This document shows, piece after piece, positions 18,986 through 27,322 of a DNA stretch of 64,000 bases. Numbering within the stretch: position 1 is the first letter of the stretch; each line of letters opens with the position of its first letter. Source of the stretch: Candidatus Pacearchaeota archaeon (lineage in GTDB: Archaea > Nanobdellota > Nanobdellia > Pacearchaeales > GW2011-AR1). The notes under the pieces are model-generated. The model was not told the DNA's origin and searched no databases. It worked only from the letters and a program-made list of their open reading frames with translations. The stretch lies in assembly GCA_018221285.1 (NCBI GenBank), contig JAAOYJ010000003.1, positions 87,030 through 151,029 on the forward strand. The letters are read 5' to 3'. The translations under genes were made by a program, and so were the position numbers.

Positions 18986-19530
18986 CTTCTTTCATTTCCT
19001 TCCTTTCTCTCTTCGTTAGGTTTATCTTCTTTTAATTCTTCCACTTCTTTAGGTTCTGCAACCTTTTTTACTACCTTCTTTTTTGCACCTTTTTTCAAAC
19101 TAATTTTATCTTCCAATTCTACAGGAACAATATATGAAGGAATATTTACTACATTGCCATCAACCATAACTTTTTTGTGAGTAATCATTTGTCTTGCCCC
19201 CTTCGGTGTTGTAGCTAACTTTTTATCAACAAGAACTGTTTGAAGTCTTCTCTTCAAATAATCTTTTTTATCTAGTGCCAAAACATCTGCAATAGAATCC
19301 ACTTTCATTCCAATTTTTTTCAATCTATCAAAAAGTGCATTCTGTTCTTCAGGTGACGCAGAAATCAACTTCTTAGCCTTTGTTCTCATAGACTTCACCT
19401 TTGCATCAGCCTTCCAAATCTCTTTCTTATTCTTCAAACCAAACTCTTTCTTTATTTCAGCTTCTTCATCAATTCGAACCTTATCAAAAGGCCTCTTCGG
19501 TCTTGAATATGTTTTATGTTTTCTCTTCAT
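18982..19530 (-). CDS. rps4: 30S ribosomal protein S4 (uS4) with K/E-rich C-terminal tail
   Basis: KTYSRPKRPFD start motif and an S4 RNA-binding domain. ATG at 19530 is preceded by GGAGG and follows the S13 stop; the longer ORF-track start (19581) would overlap S13. Confidence 0.9.
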   Translation of the reverse strand: MKRKHKTYSRPKRPFDKVRIDEEAEIKKEFGLKNKKEIWKADAKVKSMRTKAKKLISASPEEQNALFDRLKKIGMKVDSIADVLALDKKDYLKRRLQTVLVDKKLATTPKGARQMITHKKVMVDGNVVNIPSYIVPVELEDKISLKKGAKKKVVKKVAEPKEVEELKEDKPNEERKEGNERR

Positions 19531-19531
19531 T

Positions 19532-20029
19532 TTACTTATTTCCTCCAACAGCTTTCTTACCCTTCTTTTTAATTCCGGCACCCTTTGGTTTATTTCTCCT
19601 AAAATTACTCTTTGTTCTTTGGCCCCTCATCGGAAGCCCACTCATATGTCTAAATCCTCTATAACTTTTAATTTTTTTCAACCTTTTAATATCAAACTCC
19701 TTTCTTAATTCCAAATCACTCTCAACCAAATGTTTATCCTCACCACTTTCAAAGTCCTGCTGCCTGTTAAGAATATAACTTGGCACTTTCGGATTCTTGA
19801 TAAAGTCGGTTATTTTCTTAACCTCATCCTTGGTTAGAGAACCAATTTTTTTGTTCTTATCAATTTTTAATATCTTACAGGCGGCGTTAGATAATCCCCA
19901 TGAAACCCCTTTAATCTTTGTCAGGCCCGCATAAATCTTCATACCCCCCTCTATATCTTTCGACGCTATTCTCACAATTCTTTCTTCAGCCTTTTGCTCT
20001 GGTTTTTTGATTTCTTGTTTAGCTTCCAT
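19532..20029 (-). CDS. rps13: 30S ribosomal protein S13 (uS13)
   Basis: IVRIASKDIEG..KI..GLTKIKGV, SYRGFRH..GLP.RGQRTK. Confidence 0.92.
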   Translation of the reverse strand: MEAKQEIKKPEQKAEERIVRIASKDIEGGMKIYAGLTKIKGVSWGLSNAACKILKIDKNKKIGSLTKDEVKKITDFIKNPKVPSYILNRQQDFESGEDKHLVESDLELRKEFDIKRLKKIKSYRGFRHMSGLPMRGQRTKSNFRRNKPKGAGIKKKGKKAVGGNK

Positions 20030-20030
20030 T

Positions 20031-20564
20031 TTAGATCACAAATAAATTATTTCGCTCCATATTAGTTAATTCTTGGATTATCCTTTTTTCTACAGCTTTT
20101 TCCGCGTCAGGCAAATTTTGAACCCTCTTTTTCATATCTTCAAAAGATTCAAATTCTTTCTCAGCTCTCTGCTTCAAAATTTCTTGCATGTGCTTCTTCC
20201 CTAAACCTGGAAGTAATTCTATTTGATGAATCCTTTTGTTTATTGCCATAGCGTTATTAAAAAAGTTCACGAATCTCTTTTCATCTGCCTTAACAACTTC
20301 ATTAACAAATGCTTTTAATTGTTCCTTAGCTGGTTCAGTCAATTTCTCTCTCTTCAATCTTCCAAGAATATAATATATCTTATCTCTGCTTCCTTCACCA
20401 ATATATACTTTCTCACCAATCTCAAGCGTCTCTCCTCTACGAGGAACCAATTCCAAAAGAGTAAGATTAGATTGTCCAATAGCTTGGACTATCGGCATCA
20501 TTTTCTTCTCCAACGGATATCCGTTTGGTAAATATTCTAAGACTATTGCATGTTCTTCTTTCAT
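20031..20564 (-). CDS. DUF655-family putative RNA/nucleotide-binding protein (OB + HhH)
   Basis: AIVLEYLPNGYP start and a C-terminal HQIELLPGLGKKHMQEIL helix-hairpin-helix. Conserved L21e-RpoF-DUF655 neighbourhood. Confidence 0.75.
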   Translation of the reverse strand: MKEEHAIVLEYLPNGYPLEKKMMPIVQAIGQSNLTLLELVPRRGETLEIGEKVYIGEGSRDKIYYILGRLKREKLTEPAKEQLKAFVNEVVKADEKRFVNFFNNAMAINKRIHQIELLPGLGKKHMQEILKQRAEKEFESFEDMKKRVQNLPDAEKAVEKRIIQELTNMERNNLFVI

Positions 20565-20626
20565 TTAAATTAACTTCCTGTATTTTTGAATGAGTGGAAA
20601 TATCTGATTTGCTCTGGCCATTTTTC

Positions 20627-20932
20627 TTATTTGTATTGTTTAACTGTTTCAAGTATTTTTTTTGTTTCATCTTCGTCTAAACTAGTATCAATTAAAATTT
20701 TATTAAGTTCTTCTTGATCTTGTGGAAGAAGGTCAATTATTTTGACAATATGATTATCATCAATCTTTATCAAATCCAAATCTTTCAACTTTTGTCTTAA
20801 TTCCTTAGCGCTTTTCGCTTCCAATTTTGTAAATTTCTTTATGAATGCCATAAGCTCTGCTTCACCTTCCTCGCTCTTCTTAAGGTATTCCATTGACTCT
20901 GCCATGCTCAACGGCTCTCTATTTTTTATCAT
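20627..20932 (-). CDS. rpoF: DNA-directed RNA polymerase subunit F (Rpo4)
   Basis: 101 aa. Pattern L..AE...YL ... KLEAKSAKELRQKL ... KIIDLLPQDQEEL, and position between L21e and DUF655. Confidence 0.72.
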   Translation of the reverse strand: MIKNREPLSMAESMEYLKKSEEGEAELMAFIKKFTKLEAKSAKELRQKLKDLDLIKIDDNHIVKIIDLLPQDQEELNKILIDTSLDEDETKKILETVKQYK

Positions 20933-21201
20933 TTTGTCTGCTCCTTCACTTGTTTTATTTTTTTTAAATGTATTGGCTCTATCAAAAATTCCTTTTCCTT
21001 GGTTTGGTCTTTAATCTTAACTAAAAAGGATTTTCCCCTCTTTTCTTCAACTACTCCTGTCCTTCCTTGAAGCCTCGAAGGAAAACTAGAAGCCACTGCA
21101 GGCTCATTTACAACAGCCACAGCATCACCTTTCTTCAATTTCTGAAAGTATCTACTAAACTGTAATTTCCCTCTAGTTCTAACTGGTTTTCTTTTTGCCA
21201 T
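20929..21201 (-). CDS. rpl21e: 50S ribosomal protein L21e (eL21)
   Basis: RTRGKL.. start, SH3-like core GDAVAV...P.. ...GRTGVV. Confidence 0.88.
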   Translation of the reverse strand: MAKRKPVRTRGKLQFSRYFQKLKKGDAVAVVNEPAVASSFPSRLQGRTGVVEEKRGKSFLVKIKDQTKEKEFLIEPIHLKKIKQVKEQTK

Positions 21202-21255
21202 ATCTAACCGAGAAATAGTTTATTTAAAAAGATTGTCTTTTCAAAATTTAATCTC

Positions 21256-21465
21256 TTAACACCTTTTAAGCCCCAACGGGTCCTCAACAATCTCACAAGT
21301 ATTAGTCATATGGCATAAATCTCCATTGTCCCGTGCCTCTTCCATATTTCGGATTATTGTATCAAACATCTTTCTTCCGAAGACACCCACCCCACATCTC
21401 TCACAAAAATCAATTACACAACTACTCGCGACTTCAGTCCCACAATAAATACATTTCTTTGCCAT
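21256..21465 (-). CDS. small zinc-binding protein, hypothetical
   Basis: 69 aa. CIYCG ... CERCG Cys4 pattern. Confidence 0.45.
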   Translation of the reverse strand: MAKKCIYCGTEVASSCVIDFCERCGVGVFGRKMFDTIIRNMEEARDNGDLCHMTNTCEIVEDPLGLKRC

Positions 21466-21573
21466 TTTTACCTCTTTTTCTCAACAATATGTTTTAAGAT
21501 GAAGTTTGTTTTTAAATATTTGTGTGGTTTTCAGGATAGTAAGTTTTAAAAACTAATACAAAGAAGTACTATT

Positions 21574-21771
21574 ATGATAATTCCGATTAGATGTTTTTCA
21601 TGTGGAAAGCCGATTGCACACTTGTGGGAAGAATATAAGAAACGGGTTGCAGACGGAGAGTCCTCAAAAAAAGTTTTAGATGAGCAAAATTTAGAAAGAC
21701 CTTGTTGCAGAGCAATGTTCCTTGGCCAGGCAGACACAATCGAGTTGGTTGGGAAGTTCAAGAAATCATAA
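21574..21771 (+). CDS. rpoN: DNA-directed RNA polymerase subunit N (Rpo10)
   Basis: MIIPIRCFSCGKPIAHLWEEY ... CCR. Canonical Rpo10 zinc motif. Confidence 0.93.
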   Translation: MIIPIRCFSCGKPIAHLWEEYKKRVADGESSKKVLDEQNLERPCCRAMFLGQADTIELVGKFKKS

Positions 21772-22020
21772 TTTCCATCTACCAATATAATCACATTCTC
21801 GACAAGCCACAATTTTCACACCTTTCTTAACTCTTATTTTTGAATTACCATACGGAACCAAACATTTCTTACAAAACATTTTTCTTTTTTCTTTCAAAGG
21901 AATATTGTACTTCATTGCAAGCCGTTTAATTTTCTTTATTTCTTTAGGAGTTTTATCTTTGATGTTATTGAAGAATTCTTCAATTTGCTTCCTAGCTTCT
22001 GATTTGGATAGTTTTTTCAT
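21766..22020 (-). CDS. rnp4: RNase P protein component 4 (Rpp21/Rpr2 family)
   Basis: 84 aa. C-terminal zinc ribbon CKKCLVPY...RVKKG..IVACRECDYIGRW. Confidence 0.8.
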   Translation of the reverse strand: MKKLSKSEARKQIEEFFNNIKDKTPKEIKKIKRLAMKYNIPLKEKRKMFCKKCLVPYGNSKIRVKKGVKIVACRECDYIGRWKL

Positions 22021-22535
22021 TTTATTTCTTTAAGAAGATTTTCTAATTGTTTTTTATATTTTATAACAAAAACTTTTTTTGCATATTCGTTAATATATTT
22101 CTTATGGGCTTGTAAAGTCATAAAATATTTTTTATCATGGAAATATTGTTTAACTTTCTTTAAGATATTCTTAGTTGTTTTCAGATTATGGTCTTTATAC
22201 CTAGTCTTAGAAAACTTTCTTTTAAAATACCTAATTAAAATTCTTTGATAAAGAATCTTTTTTGGAATTTCTAAAAAGATAACTAAATCTGCTTTTTTGT
22301 AAAGGTCTAAAGCGTAATCTAACCAAACCCCTTCTGTAATCCATGTCTTTTTATTAGAGATATCTTTTACAATCTTCAATCTCTCTTTGACTGACCGAAT
22401 TTTATCATATTTTCTTTTGTATTTAATTTCATCTAAGTCATAAGATTTTATATTTAATTTCTTAGATAATCTTCTAGCCAAAGTAGATTTTCCAGAACCA
22501 TAAATTCCAACAATATGAATTTTTTTAATTTTCAT
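22017..22535 (-). CDS. P-loop NTPase, adenylate-kinase/topology-modulation-like
   Basis: Walker A GIYGSGKSTLARRL. About 170 aa. The ORF-track start is GTG; ATG at 22535. Confidence 0.6.
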   Translation of the reverse strand: MKIKKIHIVGIYGSGKSTLARRLSKKLNIKSYDLDEIKYKRKYDKIRSVKERLKIVKDISNKKTWITEGVWLDYALDLYKKADLVIFLEIPKKILYQRILIRYFKRKFSKTRYKDHNLKTTKNILKKVKQYFHDKKYFMTLQAHKKYINEYAKKVFVIKYKKQLENLLKEIK

Positions 22536-22589
22536 CACTTAATGAAGAATAATTCTTTTATAAATTTCTATAAAGATTCATAAGGATTT

Positions 22590-22922
22590 TTAAGGAGCCC
22601 CTGTAGAAAGAATATCTGGAATATTGTGGCTTACATATTCTCTCCCTCTTAATGGGCCTGATAAAAGCTCTAGGCTAAGTGTGGGGAAATCATATAGTCC
22701 AGGTCCCAAATAACCACGGCTTTCTTTAAATGTTACTTCCTGATTAAGTAACGCGAGCTCATATGGGATTAATTCTAAATCATTGCCCAATTTTATTCTG
22801 GACCAATTAACTTCATGTTCCTTACCACTATCACATTTAATTGTAAAAGTAAGGTTAAGAAGATTTTCAATTTTAGTTACAGTTCCTTTGAGATTCTGTA
22901 AAATTTTATCTTTATTAGGCAT
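22590..22922 (-). CDS. hypothetical protein
   Basis: 110-aa ORF with ATG start. No motif recognised. Confidence 0.4.
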   Translation of the reverse strand: MPNKDKILQNLKGTVTKIENLLNLTFTIKCDSGKEHEVNWSRIKLGNDLELIPYELALLNQEVTFKESRGYLGPGLYDFPTLSLELLSGPLRGREYVSHNIPDILSTGAP

Positions 22923-23003
22923 ATTTATTTCATCAACAAATAATATATAAACCTTTTGGTTATGTTATCACTTTTAAATTATAAAAAACTAAGTGAAGGG
23001 AAA

Positions 23004-24077
23004 TTAAATCCTTCTGGCCCCACCATTTTCCATTTTCATTTTTTCTTGCTTTAAATCATGCTGAATCATTCTAGTAACTAATTCTTCAAATGTTACTTTT
23101 GGTTCCCAACCTAATTTTTCTTTTGCCTTACTCGAGTCCCCTAAAAGAAGGTCTACCTCTGTCGGTCTAAAATACCTTTTATCTATCTCTATAATTATTT
23201 TCCCAGTATTTTGATCTATTCCTTTTTCTTCTAACCCTTCCCCTTCCCATCTAATATCAAATCCAAGCTGTTTAGCAGAAACTTCAACAAATTTTCTTAC
23301 ACTATGTGTTTCTCCAGTAGCAATCACGTAATCGTCAGGTTTATCTTGCTGCAACATTAGCCACATTGATTTAACATAATCTTCTGCATGGCCCCAATCC
23401 CTTTTAGCTTCAAGATTACCTAATCGTAATTTTTGATCAATACCTAATTTTATCCTTACTAATCCACGAGTTATTTTTCTAGTTACAAATGTTTCCCCCC
23501 TTCTCTCAGATTCATGATTAAATAAAATCCCATTACAAGCAAAAATCCCATAAGCCTCTCTGTAATTTATAGTTACCCAATAAGCATAAAGTTTTGCAGC
23601 TGCGTAAGGGGAACGAGGATAAAAAGGAGTTTTCTCTGTTTGAGGAGTTTCTTGCACTTTCCCATAAAGTTCACTTGTAGAAGCCTGATAAAACTTTGTT
23701 TTCTTTTCCAACTTAAGAATCCTAATAGCCTCTAATAATCTCAAAGTTCCGAGAGCATCTGATTGCGCAGTATATTCTGGAGTTTCAAATGAAACTTGAA
23801 CATGGCTTTGGGCGCCAAGATTATAAATTTCATCAGGTTGAACCTCTTGAATTATTCTAATGAGATTTGTGGCATCTGTTAAATCCCCATAATGTAATAC
23901 AAAATTTCTATCATTTATGTAAGGGTCTTGATAAATACGATCTACCCTCTTTGTATTAAATGAGCTACTCCTCCTTTTTATCCCATGAACTTTATATCCT
24001 TTCTTAAGTAAGAATTCCGCGAGATAACTTCCATCCTGCCCAGTTATCCCTGTGATTAACGCTGTTTTGTTTTCCAT
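23004..24077 (-). CDS. gmd: GDP-mannose 4,6-dehydratase (copy 1)
   Basis: [58 protein letters not shown]. Confidence 0.95.
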   Translation of the reverse strand: MENKTALITGITGQDGSYLAEFLLKKGYKVHGIKRRSSSFNTKRVDRIYQDPYINDRNFVLHYGDLTDATNLIRIIQEVQPDEIYNLGAQSHVQVSFETPEYTAQSDALGTLRLLEAIRILKLEKKTKFYQASTSELYGKVQETPQTEKTPFYPRSPYAAAKLYAYWVTINYREAYGIFACNGILFNHESERRGETFVTRKITRGLVRIKLGIDQKLRLGNLEAKRDWGHAEDYVKSMWLMLQQDKPDDYVIATGETHSVRKFVEVSAKQLGFDIRWEGEGLEEKGIDQNTGKIIIEIDKRYFRPTEVDLLLGDSSKAKEKLGWEPKVTFEELVTRMIQHDLKQEKMKMENGGARRI

Positions 24078-24138
24078 GAGTTCTTTATAATTTTTTGATT
24101 AATAAATATTTGTAAGATAAAGAATATAAAACTAAAGA

Positions 24139-24250
24139 AAGACAGCTTGATGATTTTGCACCTTTTCGGGCACTACCGCCATCAACATAGGAAGCTTAAC
24201 TTCTGTGTTCGGAAAGGGAACAGGTGTTTCCAACCCATTATGACTGTCTT
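24139..24250 (-). rRNA. 5S ribosomal RNA
   Basis: Minus-strand read contains ACACCTGTTCCCTTTCCGAACACAGAAGTTAAGC (5S loop B/helix III-IV consensus). Terminal helix AAGACAG/CTGTCTT. Ends are approximate (+/-3 nt). Confidence 0.8.
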
Positions 24251-24272
24251 CATAATTCAATCACCATTTCAT

Positions 24273-24280
24273 TTTATAAA
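24273..24280 (-). promoter_or_regulatory. TATA box (TTTATAAA with AAAAGG on its upstream side) for the 5S rRNA gene
   Basis: Located 23-30 nt upstream of the inferred 5S 5' end on the minus strand. Confidence 0.4.
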
Positions 24281-24357
24281 CCTTTTGATTGAATTATGAA
24301 ATGAGAAATCTTGATTTTGATTTTCAAAATTAGAGGATATTTTATGTTTATAAAACC

Positions 24358-24365
24358 TTTTATAT
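24358..24365 (+). promoter_or_regulatory. TATA box (TTTTATAT) for tRNA-Arg
   Basis: Centred about 27 nt upstream of the tRNA 5' end. Confidence 0.35.
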
Positions 24366-24387
24366 TGGAAATTCCCAATAACACTAT

Positions 24388-24504
24388 GCCCTCGTAGCTC
24401 AGTTGGATAGAGCGCTTCCCTCCTACGGAAAACTTTGTTTTACGTTTAAGGAACTTGTTTCCGAAGAAAGGAAGAAGTCGCAGGTTCGAATCCTGTCGAG
24501 GGCG
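24388..24504 (+). tRNA. tRNA-Arg (anticodon CCT) with a ~43-nt intron after position 37 (about 24426-24468)
   Basis: Manual fold: acceptor GCCCTCG/CGAGGGC, D arm GCTC-AGTTGGATA-GAGC, anticodon stem CTTCC/GGAAG (the 3' strand only after intron removal), loop CTCCTA|A, T arm GCAGG-TTCGAAT-CCTGT, discriminator G. Intron ends CGGAAA / TTTCCG pair. Confidence 0.85.
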
Positions 24505-24594
24505 TATGTTCCAGGATGAGAACTGGAGGTTTCGTTCGACGACGCTTCGGCGGACGACGGAGAGCAAAGCGACCCACGAATCCTGTCGAGGGCG
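24505..24594 (+). other. GC-rich 72-nt segment plus an exact 18-nt second copy of the tRNA-Arg 3' end, followed by TTTTT
   Basis: 24577-24594 CGAATCCTGTCGAGGGCG is identical to 24487-24504. Hairpin TTCCAG-N8-CTGGAG at about 24510-24529. T5 at 24595-24599. Confidence 0.7.
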
Positions 24595-24656
24595 TTTTTC
24601 AAACTATAAATGCATAACAATAAATTTTAAAACCTCTAATATCTTCCCAAAATTAA

Positions 24657-24727
24657 GCGCGGGTAGTTCAGTGGCAGAATCTTTGGCTTCCAACCAAATG
24701 ACCTGGGTTCGAATCCCAGCTCGCGCA
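24657..24727 (+). tRNA. tRNA-Gly (anticodon TCC)
   Basis: Manual fold: acceptor GCGCGGG/CTCGCGC (one G-U), anticodon stem TTTGG/CCAAA, loop CTTCCAA, T arm CTGGG-TTCGAAT-CCCAG, discriminator A. Confidence 0.9.
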
Positions 24728-24731
24728 TTCT

Positions 24732-24773
24732 AAAGTATGCTCGTTATTGATACATGAAGCAAGAGCATACTTT
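24732..24773 (+). other. 11-bp perfect stem (AAAGTATGCTC / GAGCATACTTT) with 20-nt loop, non-coding
   Basis: Read directly. Followed by GCTGAGGAGTTGAACCCC. Confidence 0.6.
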
Positions 24774-24825
24774 GCTGAGGAGTTGAACCCCAAACAGTTT
24801 AAATGAAATATTCAAATAGGAAAGT

Positions 24826-24852
24826 GCGCGAGAAAACTTCGTTGTCTCGCGT
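24826..24852 (+). other. GC-rich hairpin (CGCGAGA / TCTCGCG, 11-nt loop), non-coding
   Basis: Read directly. Followed by GTGAGAGTTCTAACCCG, which resembles the tail after the first hairpin. Confidence 0.6.
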
Positions 24853-24919
24853 GAGAGTTCTAACCCGTCGCATCATTCTCAACAAACACTTTTAAAAGCA
24901 AATTTATTCTATTATCTTA

Positions 24920-25801
24920 ATGACTGAAGAATCAAAATCAAGAAACTGGCACGACAAACATTACAAGCATTTGCTCTTAATTCCTGCAGCACTTTTGCTT
25001 TTCTCCTTAATTTATATTGGAATCTTCTATTCTACAACAGGAGATTTTATCTACAAAGATATCTCTTTGACAGGTGGAACTTCTGTAACAATCTACGAGA
25101 AAATAGATGGCGCTAAATTAAGCCAAGATTTGGCAGAAAAATTAGATGATGTAAACACCAGAGACATTTCAGACCTAGTGACAAGGGAGAAGAAAGCACT
25201 TATTATTGAAACTAAGTCAGATGGTGGAGAGACCAGACAGATTCTTGAAGAATATCTTGGCTACGAACTTAACGAAGAAAACAGCAGTTTTGAATTCACT
25301 GGCTCTGCATTAAGTGAGAGCTTCTTTAAACAACTTTTAATCGCAATCCTATTCGCGTTTATTTTCATGGCAATAGTTGTATTTATTATCTTTCGAACAT
25401 TTGTACCCTCTACGGCAGTAATTATTTCTGCGTTTGCAGATATTGTAATGACTCTTGCATTAGTAAATCTCTTTGGAATTAAAATGTCAAGCGCAGGAAT
25501 TGTAGCCTTCCTCATGCTTATTGGTTATTCTGTGGATACAGATATTCTTCTTACAACCAGAATTCTAAAGAGACACGAAGGAACCCTTAATCAAAAAATC
25601 CTCGGCGCCTTCAAAACAGGAATCACAATGACTCTCACCTCTCTTATGGCGGTACTATTCGCCCTCGTCGTTGTAAAATCATTCTCAGTCGTCCTAACAC
25701 AAATTTTCACAGTTCTTGCAATCGGATTGGGTTTTGACATTCTTAACACCTGGGTAACTAATGTTTCAATACTTAAATGGTATGTTGAGGGTAAAAAATG
25801 A
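24920..25801 (+). CDS. secF: protein-export membrane protein SecF
   Basis: 293 aa. N-terminal TM, a periplasmic domain, then a C-terminal block of several TM segments with the SecD/F signature IGYSVDTDILL. Confidence 0.85.
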   Translation: MTEESKSRNWHDKHYKHLLLIPAALLLFSLIYIGIFYSTTGDFIYKDISLTGGTSVTIYEKIDGAKLSQDLAEKLDDVNTRDISDLVTREKKALIIETKSDGGETRQILEEYLGYELNEENSSFEFTGSALSESFFKQLLIAILFAFIFMAIVVFIIFRTFVPSTAVIISAFADIVMTLALVNLFGIKMSSAGIVAFLMLIGYSVDTDILLTTRILKRHEGTLNQKILGAFKTGITMTLTSLMAVLFALVVVKSFSVVLTQIFTVLAIGLGFDILNTWVTNVSILKWYVEGKK

Positions 25802-27321
25802 AAAAACTAACATGGAAAATATGGTTGCTGATAATTGTTCTAGCTTTGTCTTTATTATCTATTTTTGGGATGCCTCCAACATTCTTTCAAAAAGGGGTTT
25901 TAGTAGCAAGTGTGACCTCAAACTCAACAGCATTTGAACAAGGTCTAAAGCAAGGACAGATAATAATTGGAATCGATGGACAATCAATAACTAGTTTAGA
26001 GGATTTTTCAAACGTTTTAGAGGGAAAATATGATTCTAGGGAAAATATAAAAACAATCATTAATACCAAAGATTCAGAAATAATTTTATTTTCTAATCAA
26101 GCGCCAGAAATAATAGTGTCTGAAATTCCTAAGACAAACATCAAGACCGGTTTAGATCTTGCAGGAGGTGCAAGAGCATTGGTCCAGGCAGAAGGTAAGA
26201 AATTAACTTCATTAGAATTAACAGACTTAGTTGACATTACAAGTAACAGGCTTAACGAATTCGGGCTTACTGACTTGAGGGTTGTTCCAGTTTCAGACTT
26301 GGCAGGCAATAATTTTATGCTAATCGAAATTGCAGGCGCAACACCTGATGATTTAGAAAAATTAATTTCAGAACAAGGAAAGTTTGAAGCAAAGATTGGA
26401 AATGAAACAGTCTTTATAGGCGGCGAAAGAGATATCTCTTCTGTTGCAAGGTCTGGCCAAGAGTCAGGAATATATTCATGTGATGAAGGACAAGGTTCTC
26501 ATTTTTGCAATTTCAGATTTACAATTTATCTAAGCGAAGATGCTGCGAAAAGGCACGCAGAGATCACAGACGAACTTGGAGTTAATGCAACACCTCAAGG
26601 AAATTATCTCGATCAGAAGCTGGATTTATTACTTGATGATAAACTTGTTAGTAGTCTTTTGATTAGTGAAGGGCTTAAAGGAAGAGTCACCACACAAATT
26701 TCTATCTCAGGTTCAGAGAGCGGAGCAACAAGGGATGAAGCAATCACTAACGCGGAACAAGAGATGAAACAATTACAAACAATACTAATCACAGGAAGCC
26801 TACCATTCAAATTAGAGATCGTCAAGCTAGATACCATCTCCCCTTTACTTGGTAAGGAATTCATAAAATCAATTTTCTTAGCAGGTTTTGCAGCACTTAT
26901 CGCTGTATCCGTAGTTATTTTCTTTAGGTATAAAAAATTCAAATCTTCAATCGCATTATTATTCACAAGCATATCTGAAGTAATTATTATATTAGGGATA
27001 GCATCTCTTATTAGATGGAACCTTGATTTGCCAAGCATAGCAGGAATCCTTGCAACAATAGGTACTGGAATAGATCAGCAAATAATAATTTTGGACGAAG
27101 CAAGACAGTCAATGTCTTTAAGCATAAAACAGAGATTAAGGAGAGCCTTCTCAATAATCCTCGGAGCTTATTTCACCGCGGTCGTAGCTTTACTTCCTCT
27201 AATGTGGGCTGGAGCAGGCTTACTGAAAGGATTCGCAGTCACAACACTCATAGGAATCACAGCAGGAGTTTTAATCACAAGACCTGCCTTCACAGATATG
27301 GTAAGGATGATTGAAGAATAG
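25798..27321 (+). CDS. secD: protein-export membrane protein SecD (with PDZ-like N-terminal insert)
   Basis: GLDLAGG motif and a C-terminal TM bundle with GTGIDQQIIILDE. Overlaps the secF stop. N-terminal GLKQGQIIIGIDGQSITSLEDF. Confidence 0.85.
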   Translation: MKKLTWKIWLLIIVLALSLLSIFGMPPTFFQKGVLVASVTSNSTAFEQGLKQGQIIIGIDGQSITSLEDFSNVLEGKYDSRENIKTIINTKDSEIILFSNQAPEIIVSEIPKTNIKTGLDLAGGARALVQAEGKKLTSLELTDLVDITSNRLNEFGLTDLRVVPVSDLAGNNFMLIEIAGATPDDLEKLISEQGKFEAKIGNETVFIGGERDISSVARSGQESGIYSCDEGQGSHFCNFRFTIYLSEDAAKRHAEITDELGVNATPQGNYLDQKLDLLLDDKLVSSLLISEGLKGRVTTQISISGSESGATRDEAITNAEQEMKQLQTILITGSLPFKLEIVKLDTISPLLGKEFIKSIFLAGFAALIAVSVVIFFRYKKFKSSIALLFTSISEVIIILGIASLIRWNLDLPSIAGILATIGTGIDQQIIILDEARQSMSLSIKQRLRRAFSIILGAYFTAVVALLPLMWAGAGLLKGFAVTTLIGITAGVLITRPAFTDMVRMIEE

Positions 27322-27322
27322 A

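Noticed and set aside
20467-20670. 67-aa ORF spanning the DUF655 start and the RpoF stop region
   Set aside because: It overlaps two well-supported genes in a different frame and is a likely artefact.
21546-21812. 88-aa ORF antisense to rpoN
   Set aside because: It fully overlaps the highly conserved Rpo10 gene on the other strand and has no motif.
24347-24360. A second TTTATAAA(A)CCTTTT element resembling the 5S promoter, upstream of tRNA-Arg
   Set aside because: Its purine-rich BRE-like side faces the minus strand, and its distance to the tRNA 5' end (34-41 nt) is long. The adjacent TTTTATAT at 24358-24365 fits the tRNA promoter better. It may be a duplicated 5S-type promoter, but the evidence is too thin to call.
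24505-24576. Possible C/D-box sRNA within the insert after tRNA-Arg (GGATGAG resembles a C box)
   Set aside because: The C-box match is imperfect (GGAUGAG versus RUGAUGA) and no CUGA D box occurs in the 72 nt. I kept the locus as a finding but dropped the C/D-box interpretation.
24274-24733. ORFs 24274-24567(-), 24423-24620(-) and 24455-24733(+) over the RNA-gene island
   Set aside because: They overlap the tRNA-Arg and tRNA-Gly genes and the GC-rich insert. The repeated ESCRGR peptide simply reflects the duplicated tRNA 3' end. They are not coding.
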